This document shows, piece by piece, positions 14,037 to 26,760 of a stretch of DNA of 64,000 bases. A program made the translations under genes and the position numbers. Each line of letters starts with the position of its first letter. Position 1 is the first letter of the stretch. Origin of the DNA: Chiloscyllium plagiosum (lineage: Eukaryota); NCBI RefSeq assembly GCF_004010195.1, contig NC_057726.1, positions 39,914,083 to 39,978,082 on the forward strand, in the 5' to 3' direction. The notes below the pieces were generated by a model. That model saw nothing but the letters and a program-made list of their open reading frames with translations, did no database searches and was not told where the DNA came from.

Positions 14037-14837
14037 AACTAATTTGGAACTGGGAATTACTGCATAGAAACAGGTGCAGGAAAGTAAATCCATATGTGAA
14101 AAGGATATCTGATACATGTCCTAAAACATAACTTAATCATTACAGTTGTATTTTAGCATCAAGATTATTACTGTTTTATATTTCCTGAGAGAATAAACTG
14201 AAACAGAATCTTGTGGAGGTGCCAGGAGTGTCAGCTGTTATACCCATCAACTTTTATCGGGAAGGGCCACATTGAATCTTGTGTCATTCAGGCACTTGAC
14301 ATGACAATGATGGGTCCAGGATGGATTCAGACCAATTGAGTGATGGCAGGAAGGGAGTTACAGGGAGGGAGTTGGCAGTGAAGGCAAGGGGTTGGCTTTC
14401 AGCTTCTCCGGTCCTGAAATCAGCTCCGTTGTTCATGGACTGAATGCCTTTAAATGAGAGTCAACCCTAGCTTCACCCTCCCATTGGGACCGCAAAAGCA
14501 AATAAACCAGAAATTGTTGATTTCTGTGTCATTTCCAACTTGCTGAGCACACCTGCCCATCACTAGCTTAATACCAGCAGCAACAGGAAGCCTCTTAAGA
14601 GCCTCAATTGCTAGTAGGGTAGAAAGACTGTCCATGGGCTGCAGACATAATTACGATGGTAGCAGATTCCTGACCCAGGAACCTACCACTCAATTAAATG
14701 CACATTGCAATCAATCCCACCTTGCAGGAACAGTGAAAAGTCCGCCCTGCATATGTCAATATATTAATTTAAAGTCAAAGTTAATTTCACCTTTATAACT
14801 GAAATCTATAAATTCCTGTATCAAACATGCATCTTAC

Positions 14838-15038
14838 CTTGTAGAATACATCGTCATGTAATGAAGATGAAGCTTTCAAAGTAAACTTTGTGAAAACAAA
14901 TCCCTTAATGACACTCAGAACAATGATTACAACAATGGACATCCCATAAATTAGTTGGTAGAATCCTAGCTGGGGATTATTGGTGATGCTGCTGCAGTCC
15001 ACTGTCGTGGTATTGTTCCTTTGTGCAATACAGTCAGG
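14838..15038 (-). CDS. ABCC12: ABCC12-like exon (201 nt) PDCIAQRNNTTTVDCSSITNNPQLGFYQLIYG...ASSSLHDDVFYK
   Basis: ORF 14793..15002 extended to TAG acceptor; GTAAG donor. Confidence 0.93.
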
Positions 15039-15390
15039 CTACATAATTAAATACAAAACAAGATTGTCAAAAGCTTAGTTCCTTAGACACAAAACACATA
15101 ACAGTCTAGGAATTACACATTTATAGCTGAATCGTCAGGCAAACAGTCGGGCAGATTGGGATGTCTTAACATAATAGTTTGTGAATTTCCCTTCAGAGGT
15201 GCTCTATTGCTCATCACATCATATCCAATGTTATTTAGATTAGATTGGATTACCTACAGTGTGGAAACAGGCCCATCGACCCAACAAATCCACACCGACC
15301 CTTCGAAGAGCAACCCACCCAGATCCATTCCTCTACACTTACCCCTTCACCTAACACTACGGGCAATTAAGCATGGCCAATTCACCTAAC

Positions 15391-15594
15391 CTGAAAATGT
15401 GTTGCTGGAAAAGCGCAGCAGGTCAGGCAGCATCCAAGGAACAGGAGAATCGACGTTTCGGGCGTAAGCCCCTCTTCAGGCTTATGCCCGAAACGTCGAT
15501 TCTCCTGTTCCTTGGATGCTGCCTGACCTGCTGCGCTTTTCCAGCAGCACATTTTCAGCTCTGATCTCCAGCATCTGCAGCCCTCACTTTCTCT
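15391..15594. mobile_element. Penelope-like family A fold-back insertion with target-site duplication caattcacctaac(ctg)
   Basis: Near-perfect ~80 bp inverted arms meeting at ~15479; duplication at 15378-15393 and 15595-15610. Confidence 0.9.
15450..15480 (-). ncRNA. Minimal hammerhead ribozyme motif (family A)
   Basis: Minus strand C-CUGAAGA-G-GGGC-UUAC-GCCC-GAAA-CG-UC-GA. Confidence 0.7.
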
Positions 15595-16089
15595 CAATTC
15601 ACCTAACCTGCACATCTTTGGATTGTGGGAGGAAACCGGAGCATCTGGAGGAAATAGTTTTTCTTGGTCGAATTACTGTTCCAATACTGAATTGTATAAT
15701 TCATGTATGACTCAGTACAATAAATTCTTAGCAATAGTATTAAAGGAGCTGGAACTTGTGGATCTTTGGGGCACATAGGATTCACCAATCCTTCCTCAAG
15801 AGCAAGTTGAAATCAAAAAAGGAGTAGTGCAAATTATGGATGGAAGAAGCATCTTGCCAATACAATTTTCTTTCTTAGCCAGAGAGGGTTGGGGATGATT
15901 TCAATCTCAGATTCTTACTCCTACTGTCCCAATACAGCAGACTTTGACACTGAAAGATAACATAACTTCTACCTATACTATTAATGAATTTGGTATCATT
16001 AATGTTGTGCCAGGGAAGCATTGTTTATTTTGTTGGTATTTTTGTAAAATTTAAATTAGTTTTCATTTTGTCTCAGAAACACACTGGTT

Positions 16090-16290
16090 GCTGAAGATGC
16101 ATCTTCTGTAGACAAGCAGGAGGCTGGAGGAGCACAGCAAGCCAGGCAGCATCACGAGGTGGAGAAGTTCAACGTTTCAAGTATAATGCTTTTTCAGGAC
16201 TGGGGATGGGGGTAGGGGGAATTGCAGATAAGATGGTGCAGGGGGTAGGGTTATGGGTGGGAGAGGGTTGGAGGGGTGAGGTGGTAAGCT
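16090..16290 (-). mobile_element. Diverged PLE-related terminal fragment with a decayed hammerhead-like core
   Basis: gctggaggagcacagcaagccaggcagcatc...aacgtttc...ttcagg, then a G-rich tract, paralleling family A. Confidence 0.55.
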
Positions 16291-16999
16291 GCATTTTATC
16301 ACTCACTGTCAATCTAACAATCAACACAGAACAGACCAAGGGATCTTTGCACATAAGGTTCCTACTCCTGTTAGAATTTCTCTCACTTTAATTACCTAGA
16401 ACTCTGGCTTTTGTATATGGAAATGCACAAATAATTGACAACTACTGAATATGAATTTTGGAAAATATAATTATTGATGTGAAACCTTTGGGCTATCCCT
16501 TTGGTATAAATAATCCTGAATGTGAATTCAGTGAGGCGGCAATCATTAGTACCGTTGCCTCTGGCTGCATGGCTGCTGTTTACTGCCAAATTTGTATTTA
16601 TTCTCCAAACTGCATTATTAACAACTATGTCTGCTTTAGATGCAATGGCACAAATTACTGCTGAATCATTTGGAAATTCTTTAGTGATTAGATTAGATTA
16701 GATTACTTTTTTTTTAGATGTGGTATAGTTAGTAAAGTATATTTTAAATTTATATTTCTTTCTATTTATTGTAAATAAAAGTTAAAAGACACAGGGCAAG
16801 TGAGGACCATTTGGTCCATTGTCCCTGTGTCAGTTCATGGAAAGAACTATTGAATTAGCTCAACACTATTTGATCTTTCCTCAGAGCAATTTTTATCCAA
16901 TTTCCTTTTTATAATTAACATTGAATTTACTTCCTTCATCCTTTCAGGCAATGCAAGAACTTGTTATGTAAATTTTGTTTGCTTCATGCACTTTTCATA

Positions 17000-17353
17000 G
17001 ATCATAGAATCTCTACCATATAGAAGCAGGCTATTCAGCCCATTAAGTCCACACCGACCATCCTAAAAGCATTGAACAGACCCACCCTCCACCCTTACCC
17101 TGTAACTCTGCATTTCCCGTGGCTAATCCACCTAGCCTGCATATCCCTGGATACTATGGGCAATTTAGCATGGCCAATCCATCTAACCTGCACATCTTTG
17201 GACTGTGGGAGGAAATCAGAACAGCCAGAGGAAACCTATGCATATATGGAAGGAATGTGCAGTCTCCACACAGACAGTTGCTCAAGGGTGGAATTCAACC
17301 AAGGTTTCTGGCACTATGAGGCATCGTGCTAACCACTGAGTCACCATGCTGCC
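17000..17353 (-). mobile_element. HE1-type V-SINE, full length, older, inserted in an old CR1 remnant (~16790-17720)
   Basis: V-domain gggcaatttagcatggccaatcc; tRNA-like head ending ccactgagtcaccatgctgcc. Confidence 0.85.
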
Positions 17354-18067
17354 CTTCATTATCTCATTGAATCTGTTTTCTCTGGTTACTGACCCTTCTG
17401 TCATTGGAAACAACTTCTTCTTATTTATGCTATAAAAATCATTCATGATTTTAAACATGTCTGTCAAATCTCCTCTTAATGCCTCTGTTCTAAAAATAGC
17501 AAATACATCTTTCCCAGTCTCTCCATTAAACTGATATCATTCTGGTAACTCACTTCTGCATCCTCTCTAAGGCATTGACATGGTCCCTAAAGTATGTTGC
17601 CAAGAACTGATTACAACTTCCAGTTGAGACCGAACCAATGTTTTATAAAGGTTTTGCAAAATCCCTTGCTAGGGTGGAATCTATTTCTATTTTTTTAAAA
17701 AAAACTGACTGCCTTTTTAACAGCCTTCTCCTATGTTTTATGTTCCACATAATCTTCCCGAACAGCGGAAATAGTTTCTTGCTACCTAGTCTAACTGTTC
17801 CCCTTAATATCTCAAAAACTTGGGAAAAAAATCACCAATATTCTAAATTATGTGGAAAATAATTTTAGATTTTTAAAAAATCTCTCCTTGTCATTTAACA
17901 TTTGGAGTTCTGGTATTGTGCTGACACAATCATCTTACTTTTAGTACCCTAAATAAAATCCTATCTCATCCTGTTGAAACACAAAGTGGAAGCCCTTTAC
18001 CCATTTATAGTGTGTACACCTTATTTCAGAGAAAACACTTGCATTTGTCGTATAAAGTGAAGCTTAC

Positions 18068-18171
18068 CCCAGCCCCCTCTTCTATCCAATAACTTAACCA
18101 CCATCCGCTAAAAGTTGTCGAGGCAATTATGAGGATGAATGTAAAGAGAACAAATAGAAAGAATATATATC
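18068..18171 (-). CDS. ABCC12: ABCC12-like exon (104 nt) GYIFFLFVLFTFILIIASTTFSGWWLSYWIEEGAG
   Basis: TAG acceptor, GTAAG donor; WWLSYW motif of TMD2. Confidence 0.95.
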
Positions 18172-19295
18172 CTAGAAAATAAATCAAAACAATCAATTCA
18201 ATTAATTATTTACTGAAGTTCACATCAAAAAGAATACAGAGATCAAAATAATATGAAACTATACATCAACACTGAAAGATAAATATGTTGCCAATGAATC
18301 ATACATGAACATGTCATTGCTGCAACCCAGATTGACAAGATAGAATGCTCAGAGTGGAAAAATAAGGGTGTAAAGTAAACATTACCACCCAAGTTTATAT
18401 TAATTTCAAGAACGTGAAGCACAAAGCTACAGAGAATTTGTGTAATTTATAAGGAACATTAGTCTAAATTCATTGTCTACACAAAAACAAACTGCAAGAT
18501 ATTTATATCATAAAAATGTAATGTTGCAGATGCTGGAATTCTGAAACAAAAATAGAAAATATTACTTTCACAAAGGTCAGAAAGCATTTTGGAAAGTGAG
18601 GCAAAATAACTTTGGATGCAGGATCCTGCTTCAGAATATCAATTATATGATTGATATGATCTGACATTGTTATGTATTGCTGGGACAGTATACTGATAGG
18701 TGTATCCAAAATTCTCTGAGAAGAGCAGATTGCAGTCAGATATTAGCTCTGGGCAAAGTACTGGCAATTTTAAATACAAATTATCAAACACCTAATGGTG
18801 AATCCTTCTCTGGTTATATTTTAGGAAACAAACGTCATTTAACAATTCGGCTCACCGATGGGCTGGATGTTTTAAGCTAATGTGTTAATATGAGACATCT
18901 GCTTCAGCATCATTCAGCAAGGATTCAAATCACCATGACAAATCATCATGGGACTTTTAAATTGTGTGAGTAATAATAACTAGGGCAGGGTAAACTCTGT
19001 TAGGCTCTATATTATTTATGGCATATGCGTGGTCAAATTGAATAGATTGATATTTTAGACAATTAGTTTCAAAACTGTGACAGCATCTAAAATGGTTGGC
19101 AAGCTCATATTTGTCAGGTTGTGTGGTCTGAGTAGAGAATAGCAACAGCTGTGTGCTGTAAAGTATAACTGTGGTGAAATCCTTGGGGATGATAGTAGCC
19201 TTTAAAATAAAATCTGTCATTCTTGTTACAGCTCAGCTAGAGTAGAAAACAGCCTCATGGATAGGTATAATCAAAAGGGATGGGAATCTTCTTAC

Positions 19296-19385
19296 CTCCC
19301 CCTGCCATAATATAATGGTGGTATGTTTTTCCCGGTACTGAGCCTGATCGGTTCTCCTCTTCTTTTGTAAGTTGCTCTTTTTGTG
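19296..19385 (-). CDS. ABCC12: ABCC12-like exon (90 nt) AQKEQLTKEEENRSGSVPGKTYHHYIMAGG
   Basis: CAG acceptor, GTAAG donor; QL..EE...GSV...Y..Y motif preceding TMD2. Confidence 0.94.
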
Positions 19386-20317
19386 CTGTACAAGTAAATT
19401 CACGATTCAATTATTATTCCACTAGTCAATGCTATGCAATGTATATGACTGTGAAGTTCAGTGTAGCTGTTATATGATAACATAGAGCGGTTTACTTTTA
19501 ATGGTACCCAAAATAACTTCCAAGTTATATTCAAATGTTAATTCTGATATAGTAATCTGAAATGGGTAATGTCAAATATTTTCAAAAGTGTCCAGAAAAT
19601 TGTCATTTTAATAGACTGGATAATGTACAAAATTTCTCCAATGTATTTTGGGTTTGATTCTAACTCAGATGGGCGGAATGAACCCTCTCACAGCTATAAA
19701 GATTAAACTTGAAATAAGATAGAGCAATCTCAACCAATTTATTTGTAAAATTTGTTCATGGGATGTTATTATAGTAATTAGGCCAATATTAATTGCCCAG
19801 AAGCCAGTTAGGAGTGAACTGCATTGCAGTGGATCTGGAGTCAAATGTAGGCAAGTTAGGACATTGCTTTCCCTTCCCTTAGTGAGCCAGATGGATTTAG
19901 ACAACAAATGGCAATGGTTGAATGGTCACCATTAGGCTTACTTTTAATTCCAAATTTCACTCTGCCGTGATAGGATTTACACCCTTAGCATGTTCCCAGA
20001 ACATTAGTCCTGAAATACTAGCCCTGTGACATTACCATTATGCCACTGCCTTTCCTAGTAATTGCTAGTGGACATTTTACAGTCAGTATAATACCACCTA
20101 GAAACTGATACTAAACCTTCAACATAACATCAAGATGCCAGAAAGGACAGGGGTCTTATATAATAAGTGGGGAAATCATACTGTCATTGTCAGAAGGTCT
20201 CTTCAGAGGTTGGGTTTACAGAACTATGGTTATCTTACTTAGATTATCTGAGATAGATCAAAATGTTGGAATGTGGGGAGTTGGGGCCACAATCAGATCA
20301 GCCATGACTTTATTAAA

Positions 20318-21780
20318 TTAAAAATCACACAACACCAGATTATAGTCCAACCGTTCATTTGGAAATACTAGCTTTCAGAGCACTACTCCTTCATCAGGTA
20401 ACTAGTGGGGCAGGATCATAAGACACAGAATTTATAGCAAAAGATAACAGTGTCATGCAATTAAAATGATATAATGAACAAATCTAGATTGCTGTTAAAT
20501 TTTACATCTTTTAGAATGGGTTGCAGGTTTCAGTTCATTAATATGTCAATCCCTGAACTTCTTTTAAGTCACATTCTTGAGAAAACTTAAGGTTAGCTCA
20601 AGCAATGTATTAAAGATGTGAAGTTAGAGTCTGTCTCTATTCCAATCTTGAGTCAGACTGGTTCTATTTCCATTACACGCAGTGACACCTCCCACCATGT
20701 ACGCGGCAGGTACTCATGTGACTCAGCTAATGTTGTCTATCTCATATGCTGCAGGCAATGATGCCCTGAGGCTTTGGACATTTGCAAGACCAAGCAGATG
20801 TTACGACAACGGATGAATGGACACTGCACAACAATCACCAGGCAGGGATGTTCCCTCCCAGTTAGGGAATACTTCAGCAGTCAGAGACATTCGGCCTCGG
20901 ATCTTTGGGTGAGCATCCATCATGACTTTGGGATATACAACAACGCAGAGTGGCCAAGCAGAGGCTGATAGCCAAGTTTGATATCCGTGAGGATGGTCTC
21001 AACTGGGATCTTGGGTTCATGTCACACTACAGGTCACACACACACAAACACACACACACACTGCCATATGCACACGCATACACCCCCAAACTCACACCAT
21101 GCGCACACCCTCTCACACCTTCTAACAGGCTTATAGTCCAGCACACTCATGCACACACTCTACCAAACATGCACACACTCACATTCACTCTTTCCCTCAC
21201 AAACACACAAGCACACAGACATGCACACATCTAAGTCTATGGGGTGAATTTGCATTTGCAGAACTGTATTTGTGGATACATTGTATTTTTCCCCAAAAAG
21301 CACACTACCTGCTGACTGTCAATGCATGTAGTCAATCCATATAACATTTTATAAATTTCTACTTTGGAAATAGAACCGGTCTGACTCAAGATTGGGATAC
21401 AGACAGACTCTAATCTCACACCTTTAATACATTGTCTGAGCTGAGATGTCACTTTTTTTTAATAAAACCTTAAGTTATCTTGAGAATGTGACTTAAAAGA
21501 ACTTCTGGGATTTAGACATTAATGTACCGAAACCTGCAACCCATTCTAAAAGATGTAAGACTTAACAGCAATCTAGATTTGTTCATTATATCACTTTAAT
21601 TGCATGATACTGTGATCTTTTGCCATAAATTCTGTGTCTTATGATCCTGTCCCACTAGTTACCTGATTAAAGAGCAGTGCTCTGAAAGCTAGTGCTACCA
21701 AATAAACCCATTGGACTATAATCTGATTTGTGTGATTTTAAACTTTGTCCACCCCAGTCCAACACTGGCACATCCACATA
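20318..21780 (+). mobile_element. Penelope-like family B element: GIY-YIG remnant, CA-rich tract, pLTR, with a ~350 bp inverted 5' copy
   Basis: GRYSCDSANVVYLICCRQ...KTKQMLRQRMNGH at ~20705-20825; arms 20318-20672 and 21365-21742 inverted; TSD atgactttattaaa / atgaatttattaaa. Confidence 0.88.
20367..20399 (-). ncRNA. Minimal hammerhead ribozyme motif (family B)
   Basis: Minus strand AC-CUGAUGA-A-GGAGU-AGU-GCUCU-GAAA-GC-UA-GU. Confidence 0.7.
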
Positions 21781-22703
21781 ATGAATTTATTAAACAGTGT
21801 TGCAGGCTTGAGGGGCTGAATGGCCTACATTTAATCCTAATTTTTATATTTGTATATGCCAACACAAATTTCATGTACTTCCCTCATTGACGATGATGAC
21901 TCCAGCAATGGCTTTACATTCAGGAGTCTACCCATACCACCCACTACCTCCTTATGGGACGGGAGTAGCATGGTGCATGGCAATGGGTTATAAATCTACC
22001 CTCCAATGCAATGAATTTTATACCAGATCTTACACAAATTCACTCAAATGGACTATACAGCCACATATGAAAAGCTGCTTTATCTTAAGACAGCATGTAA
22101 ACATAGAGAGTAAGAGCTTTAATCAAAACATTCATTTCACTTGACTTGAATGTCCTTGCATTAATGTGCCGATTCAACATTTCTTGGTCAGACATGTGTT
22201 TCTAACAGGTTCAGAAATTAAAGATTGCAATTCCACTTGGTGGGTTAACTTGACTGACAGAGCTTCAATGTATTTTTTTCTACTTTCTCTTGCTTATAAT
22301 GGGTTGGAAGTAGCTGTGCTGCCTCTTCAGCTTCATCATGTTCAATAGTGCACCATTAGACCTGTCAGTCAAGTTTTCACCTACCTCCTGAAGATAAAAT
22401 TCTCACCTGACACTTCATGCAGTACTTGGATAACTAAATAATTTTAATAACAATACTTTTGAATGTTTTAGAAACAAGTATAAAATGTAACAGTAAATAA
22501 ATCAAACTGAGCAAAACAGTAAAGCAATTTGTTTCAGAATACCATTCAAATAATTTGGGAGCAAAATATAATACCTCACTGCCTAGTGGTATGCCAGTTA
22601 AATGGTAGTGTCGGCTTTCCTAAAGGAAATGTTTACTCAGCAAATTTCAGTATTGTCGCACAATCTGTGTAAGAACTTTAATTCAATAGTTTAGTGTTAA
22701 TAC

Positions 22704-22793
22704 CTTTCATATAATTTCGATCCTGTTTCATTGTCTTCGCATTCTCGACATTTTCATCTGCTGAATCATTCGTCTCATCAGTCATATCAAATG
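22704..22793 (-). CDS. ABCC12: ABCC12-like linker exon (90 nt) AFDMTDETNDSADENVENAKTMKQDRNYMK
   Basis: TTTTAG acceptor, AG|GTATT donor; open in frame, phase 1 to 1; acidic linker. Confidence 0.75.
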
Positions 22794-22939
22794 CTAAAAG
22801 TTACAAAATGATTTTATATCAAAATTGTACTTGAATTTGCATTTACTGAATATTTCGTAAATGATGAGAGGCTAGGAGCTGATGAGCAGTGAAATAATTT
22901 AGGTGTCCATGTACAGAAATCATTCAAATGTGGTGAACA

Positions 22940-23750
22940 ACGAGTCCCCATTCCCGGCATACCTTATGGGGTATCAGTGGACATCCCTACTTTTGACCTT
23001 ATGCTGGAGGGAAGTTGAAGATGGCTAGGATAAGACTCTGTCCTGAGGAACACCTGCAGCAATGTAATAGGACTGAGATGATTAGCCATCAAACCACTTC
23101 CATCTACCTATCTGTTAGGTATAATTCCAATCAGTGATGATTTTTCCCTCAATTCCCATTGACTTCAGTGTTGCTCATGGTCCTTGATGCCATGTTTGAT
23201 CAAATTATGCCTTGATACCAAAGACAGTCACTTTCACCTCACTTCTTTTCACTTCTTCTATCTATGTTTGGACTGAGGACACAATGAGATCAGAGGGTAA
23301 GTGGGTCTGGTGGAATCCAAATTGAGCATCAGCCAACAGCATCTTGCTCTGAAAGTACCTGCTTGACCACACTGTCAAGGACACCTGCCATCACTTTGCT
23401 GTTTGTCAAGGATGATGTTGGGATATTGTCTGTAAGGTATAACTCTGTGAGAATGGCTGTCAGGCTGTTGCTTAACTAAGTCTGTGAGACATGCTGACAA
23501 GTATTTGTTCAAATTCCCAACGATTTCACTGGATTGACAGATCTGCTATCTTGTTTTTCAGTGCCTAGGTCGACACCGAGGTTCATCTGCTTTTAGATTT
23601 TTCTGAAGCAGTTTGGCACAACTTAGTGGCTTGCTGTGTCATTTCAGAGGACATATTAAAGACAACCATTTTTCTATAGATCTAACATCTATCACATGTA
23701 GGCCAGACCAGGTAAACACTGCAGATTTCCTTCCCTAAAGGACAGTAATG
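22940..23750 (-). mobile_element. Old degenerate LINE-like fragment, clade not assigned
   Basis: Resembles recalled shark LINE sequence; its right end (atcacatgtaggccagaccagg...ttccctaaag) matches 19835-19880. Confidence 0.4.
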
Positions 23751-24150
23751 GCATTGGGCCTTAAACCTTTAGATTACAAGACCAGAATGCATAAAGGTGA
23801 TATATATTTTCCTGAGTTTAGAAGATTGATACATGATTTATTTAAAGTTTTGAGAATAAATAGAAGAATGTCATGTTGTTTGGCTAGTTAGCTAGTGTTG
23901 AAGGATATGTTCAGGTGTTAGGTTCAATCCCTGTACCACATGTGGTAGTTCAATGGGGTGGGTAGAGAGAAGTTATATTCTCTGTTGAACAAATGCAAGA
24001 AAATGGTAAAATCTTAAAATAATAGAAAACCCACTTAGGAATGAAATTAAAAAGTAGCTTTTAGACACAATGGTAATGGAAAAATCTCCTCCAAAAGTCT
24101 GTGGATGCTGGGTCAATTGAAATTTCCAAGACAGAGATTAATTTTTTTAA

Positions 24151-24239
24151 TCAAAGAGTGTGGTGTTGGAAAAGCACAGCAAATCAGGCAGCATCCGAGG
24201 AGCGGGAGAATCGACATTTCGGGCGTAAGCCCTTCATCA
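24151..24239 (-). mobile_element. PLE family A terminal fragment within an old CR1 3' remnant (~23800-24370)
   Basis: Homologous to 15391-15480; ends at cttcatca inside the hammerhead core. Confidence 0.75.
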
Positions 24240-24422
24240 TCATGAATGTTTGTTAAGGCAAGGATTCAAATGATATGGATCAGAGCTGGGTAAATAAAGA
24301 TATACAGATAAACTGTGATCTAATTGAATGGAAGAACAAATTGAAAAGTTTCAACGGTCTACTTCTGACCCCAAGTAATACAATTTTAGGCAAAATACCT
24401 TTCTTAATAGAGGCATACTTAC

Positions 24423-24519
24423 CTGCATTGTCCAAGCCTTTGAACTCAATGTCTGAAGCAGTTCCATTTAGATTTTCTATTTCAGAACTAGGTGGTATCA
24501 CGTTGTTCTCTTCTGAATT
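24423..24519 (-). CDS. ABCC12: ABCC12-like linker exon (97 nt) NSEENNVIPPSSEIENLNGTASDIEFKGLDNA
   Basis: TAG acceptor, CAG|GTAAG donor; supplies the required phase 0 to 1 change; poorly conserved linker. Confidence 0.8.
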
Positions 24520-25256
24520 CTAAATGCAACGTGAAAGAAATGTTGAACTGTAAACCGACATAGCATATATAGTACACTCTACCAGGATTCTTTGCAGAGG
24601 TTGGTGTGATATGATGTACATGTACCTCTAAGAAGGCATCTTTTAAACTGTTGTCAATCATTACCACCTCAACATAGGATGTGGTATAGTGGTTCCATGA
24701 CTCTAAATCCAGTATACAGCAGCAGAAGTCATTGTCTCCCAAATGAACATTATATGTATATAGTTTTACCTTTAAATTAAGAGCCCCATTATTCTACTAA
24801 TTCTTATCCTATGGAAGATCTTGACCCATGCTTAATGCTGATCAGTATCCCTCATGCACTTGTTTCCCTCTAACAGAGTTGCTAATGGTCTACTGTGAAT
24901 GGCTAACTACTTGTAGCGATCTCTGCAATATTTAATCATGATGAATCCATCTTGACTTAGATGGCAGGAATTGACCAGTTCTGCTTGCAGGTAGATTTAT
25001 GGATCCATATCAGTCTGGTGACCTAAATTAAGCTATGTTCTGTTAATATATGAATGATATTTGTGTACTACAGACACTTAAGATTTGTGTCCGTTTTCTC
25101 TAATCATTGTCTTTGTTTCACTTAGTTGATCGCTTTGCTAATCTGCTGTACATAAATAGAAAGGTTTGCAAGAAAGGAACAGTTTTTTGGACAGACTTAT
25201 GATGTATCACTTTAGAAGCTTTGGTTAGTTTTCATTGCTTTTGTATTGAATAGAAG

Positions 25257-25369
25257 GGCTTCCTGAAGAAGCCCTTCCTGAAGAAGGGTTCATGCCCGAA
25301 ACGTCGATTCTCCTGCTCCTTGGATGCTGCCTGACCTGCTGCGCTTTTCCAGCAACACATTTTCAGCTT
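25257..25369 (+). mobile_element. PLE family A mini-insertion (113 bp) with hammerhead and 11-bp TSD ttgaatagaag
   Basis: TSD at 25246-25256 and 25370-25380; CUGAAGA-A-GGGU-UCAU-GCCC-GAAACGUC at 25278-25305. Confidence 0.87.
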
Positions 25370-25894
25370 TTGAATAGAAGCTTTGTGTGACTAAGATCGT
25401 TATCGCATTATACTGAAATGAGGGAGAAAAGTTAACTTGCAACCTTTGGTTGAAAGTTTACTTTCACAATCTATATTTAAGATTAAATAAAATGTAATAT
25501 AATAATAACACATTTTGGAGGGTGGGATTGAGAAAAAGCTATCAAAGTATTCAGTTTTCAAATTATATTGAGGAAAAGATGTAACTAAATAATTCCTTTT
25601 CAGTACATAATAAATGTGTGGATACAAATTGGTACTATGTTAAAACAAAAAGGTGAAGAATTAATACATTTACAGTTTACAGTAGTTACAATGGGTAGAA
25701 TTTTCCTGGTCTACCCAAAACTTTTAGAAGGGAAGGGTTGTTTAATTGGGCAGAAAGCAGAAATACAGTTTCCCAATGGCGAGTTAAACTGTTGGTATTA
25801 AGTAATTGATGGGTCAGCACTCCTTACCACAGAACCTCTTCTGTATTAATTATGATACCATAAATATTCATTACCATCCCAGCCATCTGATATT

Positions 25895-26340
25895 ATCAGT
25901 CACAGAGAGTTATGGGACAGTGAGGCCATTTGGCCCATTGTATCTACAGAAGCTCTCCAAAAGAGCATCATTGCTCAGTACCATTTTCCTGCCTTCTTCC
26001 CATCCCTTGAATGTTGTTTCTATTTGAATAATCACCAAATGCCCACTTGAATGTCTCAATTGAATCTGCATTCACCATAATTCCAGGTAATGCATTCCAG
26101 ACCTGAACCATTCATTGTGGGAAAAAGTTTCTTTCTCAAATCACATTGGCTTCTTTTGCAAGTCACTTTAAGTCTGTGTCCTCTTGTTTTTAAAGCTTCG
26201 ATGACTGTAATAGTTTTTCCCTAGACTGTAATAGTCTATCCAGCCCCATCATTATCTTGAAAACTACTATCAATTCTCCTCTTAGCCATCTTCTCTTCAA
26301 GAAGTGTCCTATCCTCTTCAATCTATCCTCATTCCTGGAA
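25895..26340 (-). mobile_element. Old CR1-like LINE 3' remnant
   Basis: gaggccatttggccc head and gtgggaaaaagtttct / tgtgtcctcttgtt motifs shared with other CR1 3' ends. Confidence 0.55.
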
Positions 26341-26760
26341 TAGTGGACAACTTTATTCTTCCTGAAGTGTAAAGCAGTGTCTAACTTGCCTGCACTCCAC
26401 TGTTGGAAAAGTTAAATAATCATTAGCTCATTATTTTTAATGAATTTTCATTTGCAAGCAAAAACATATGCAAGCACATACTTTCATTTCACAATTAAGG
26501 TCAGTATTTAATTGGAAATAATAATCATGGGTGAGGACATTGAGTTAAGATTTTTACATCTAGTGAAATTTTAGGCCTATGCTTTATGAACACAATAATA
26601 CTATCACATAGAAGAAATCACAAGTGTAATTTAATTTGGTAAGTGATTACATTCTGTAGTATAATGAAAATATTATTTACACTGCAGAGCATGATGGTAG
26701 AAAGTACAATAGCAAACAGTGAGCTACATCAGTGAAGAAGCAAATAACTAATATTGAAGG

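Larger units (their letters stand above)
15235..15652 (-). mobile_element. HE1-type V-SINE (5' truncated) interrupted by a PLE insertion
   Basis: (ttaga)n tail and V-domain homologous to 51109-51424. Confidence 0.85.

Noticed and set aside
15373..15615. Mirror-image ORFs on both strands (MCCWKSAAGQAASKEQENRRF)
   Set aside because: A by-product of the palindromic pLTR insertion, not a protein.
20318..21780. Interpretation of long inverted arms (also 45555-46524 and 58722-59240) as DNA-transposon TIRs
   Set aside because: The one-sided tail, variable-length TSDs, GIY-YIG remnants and hammerhead motifs fit Penelope-like retroelements.
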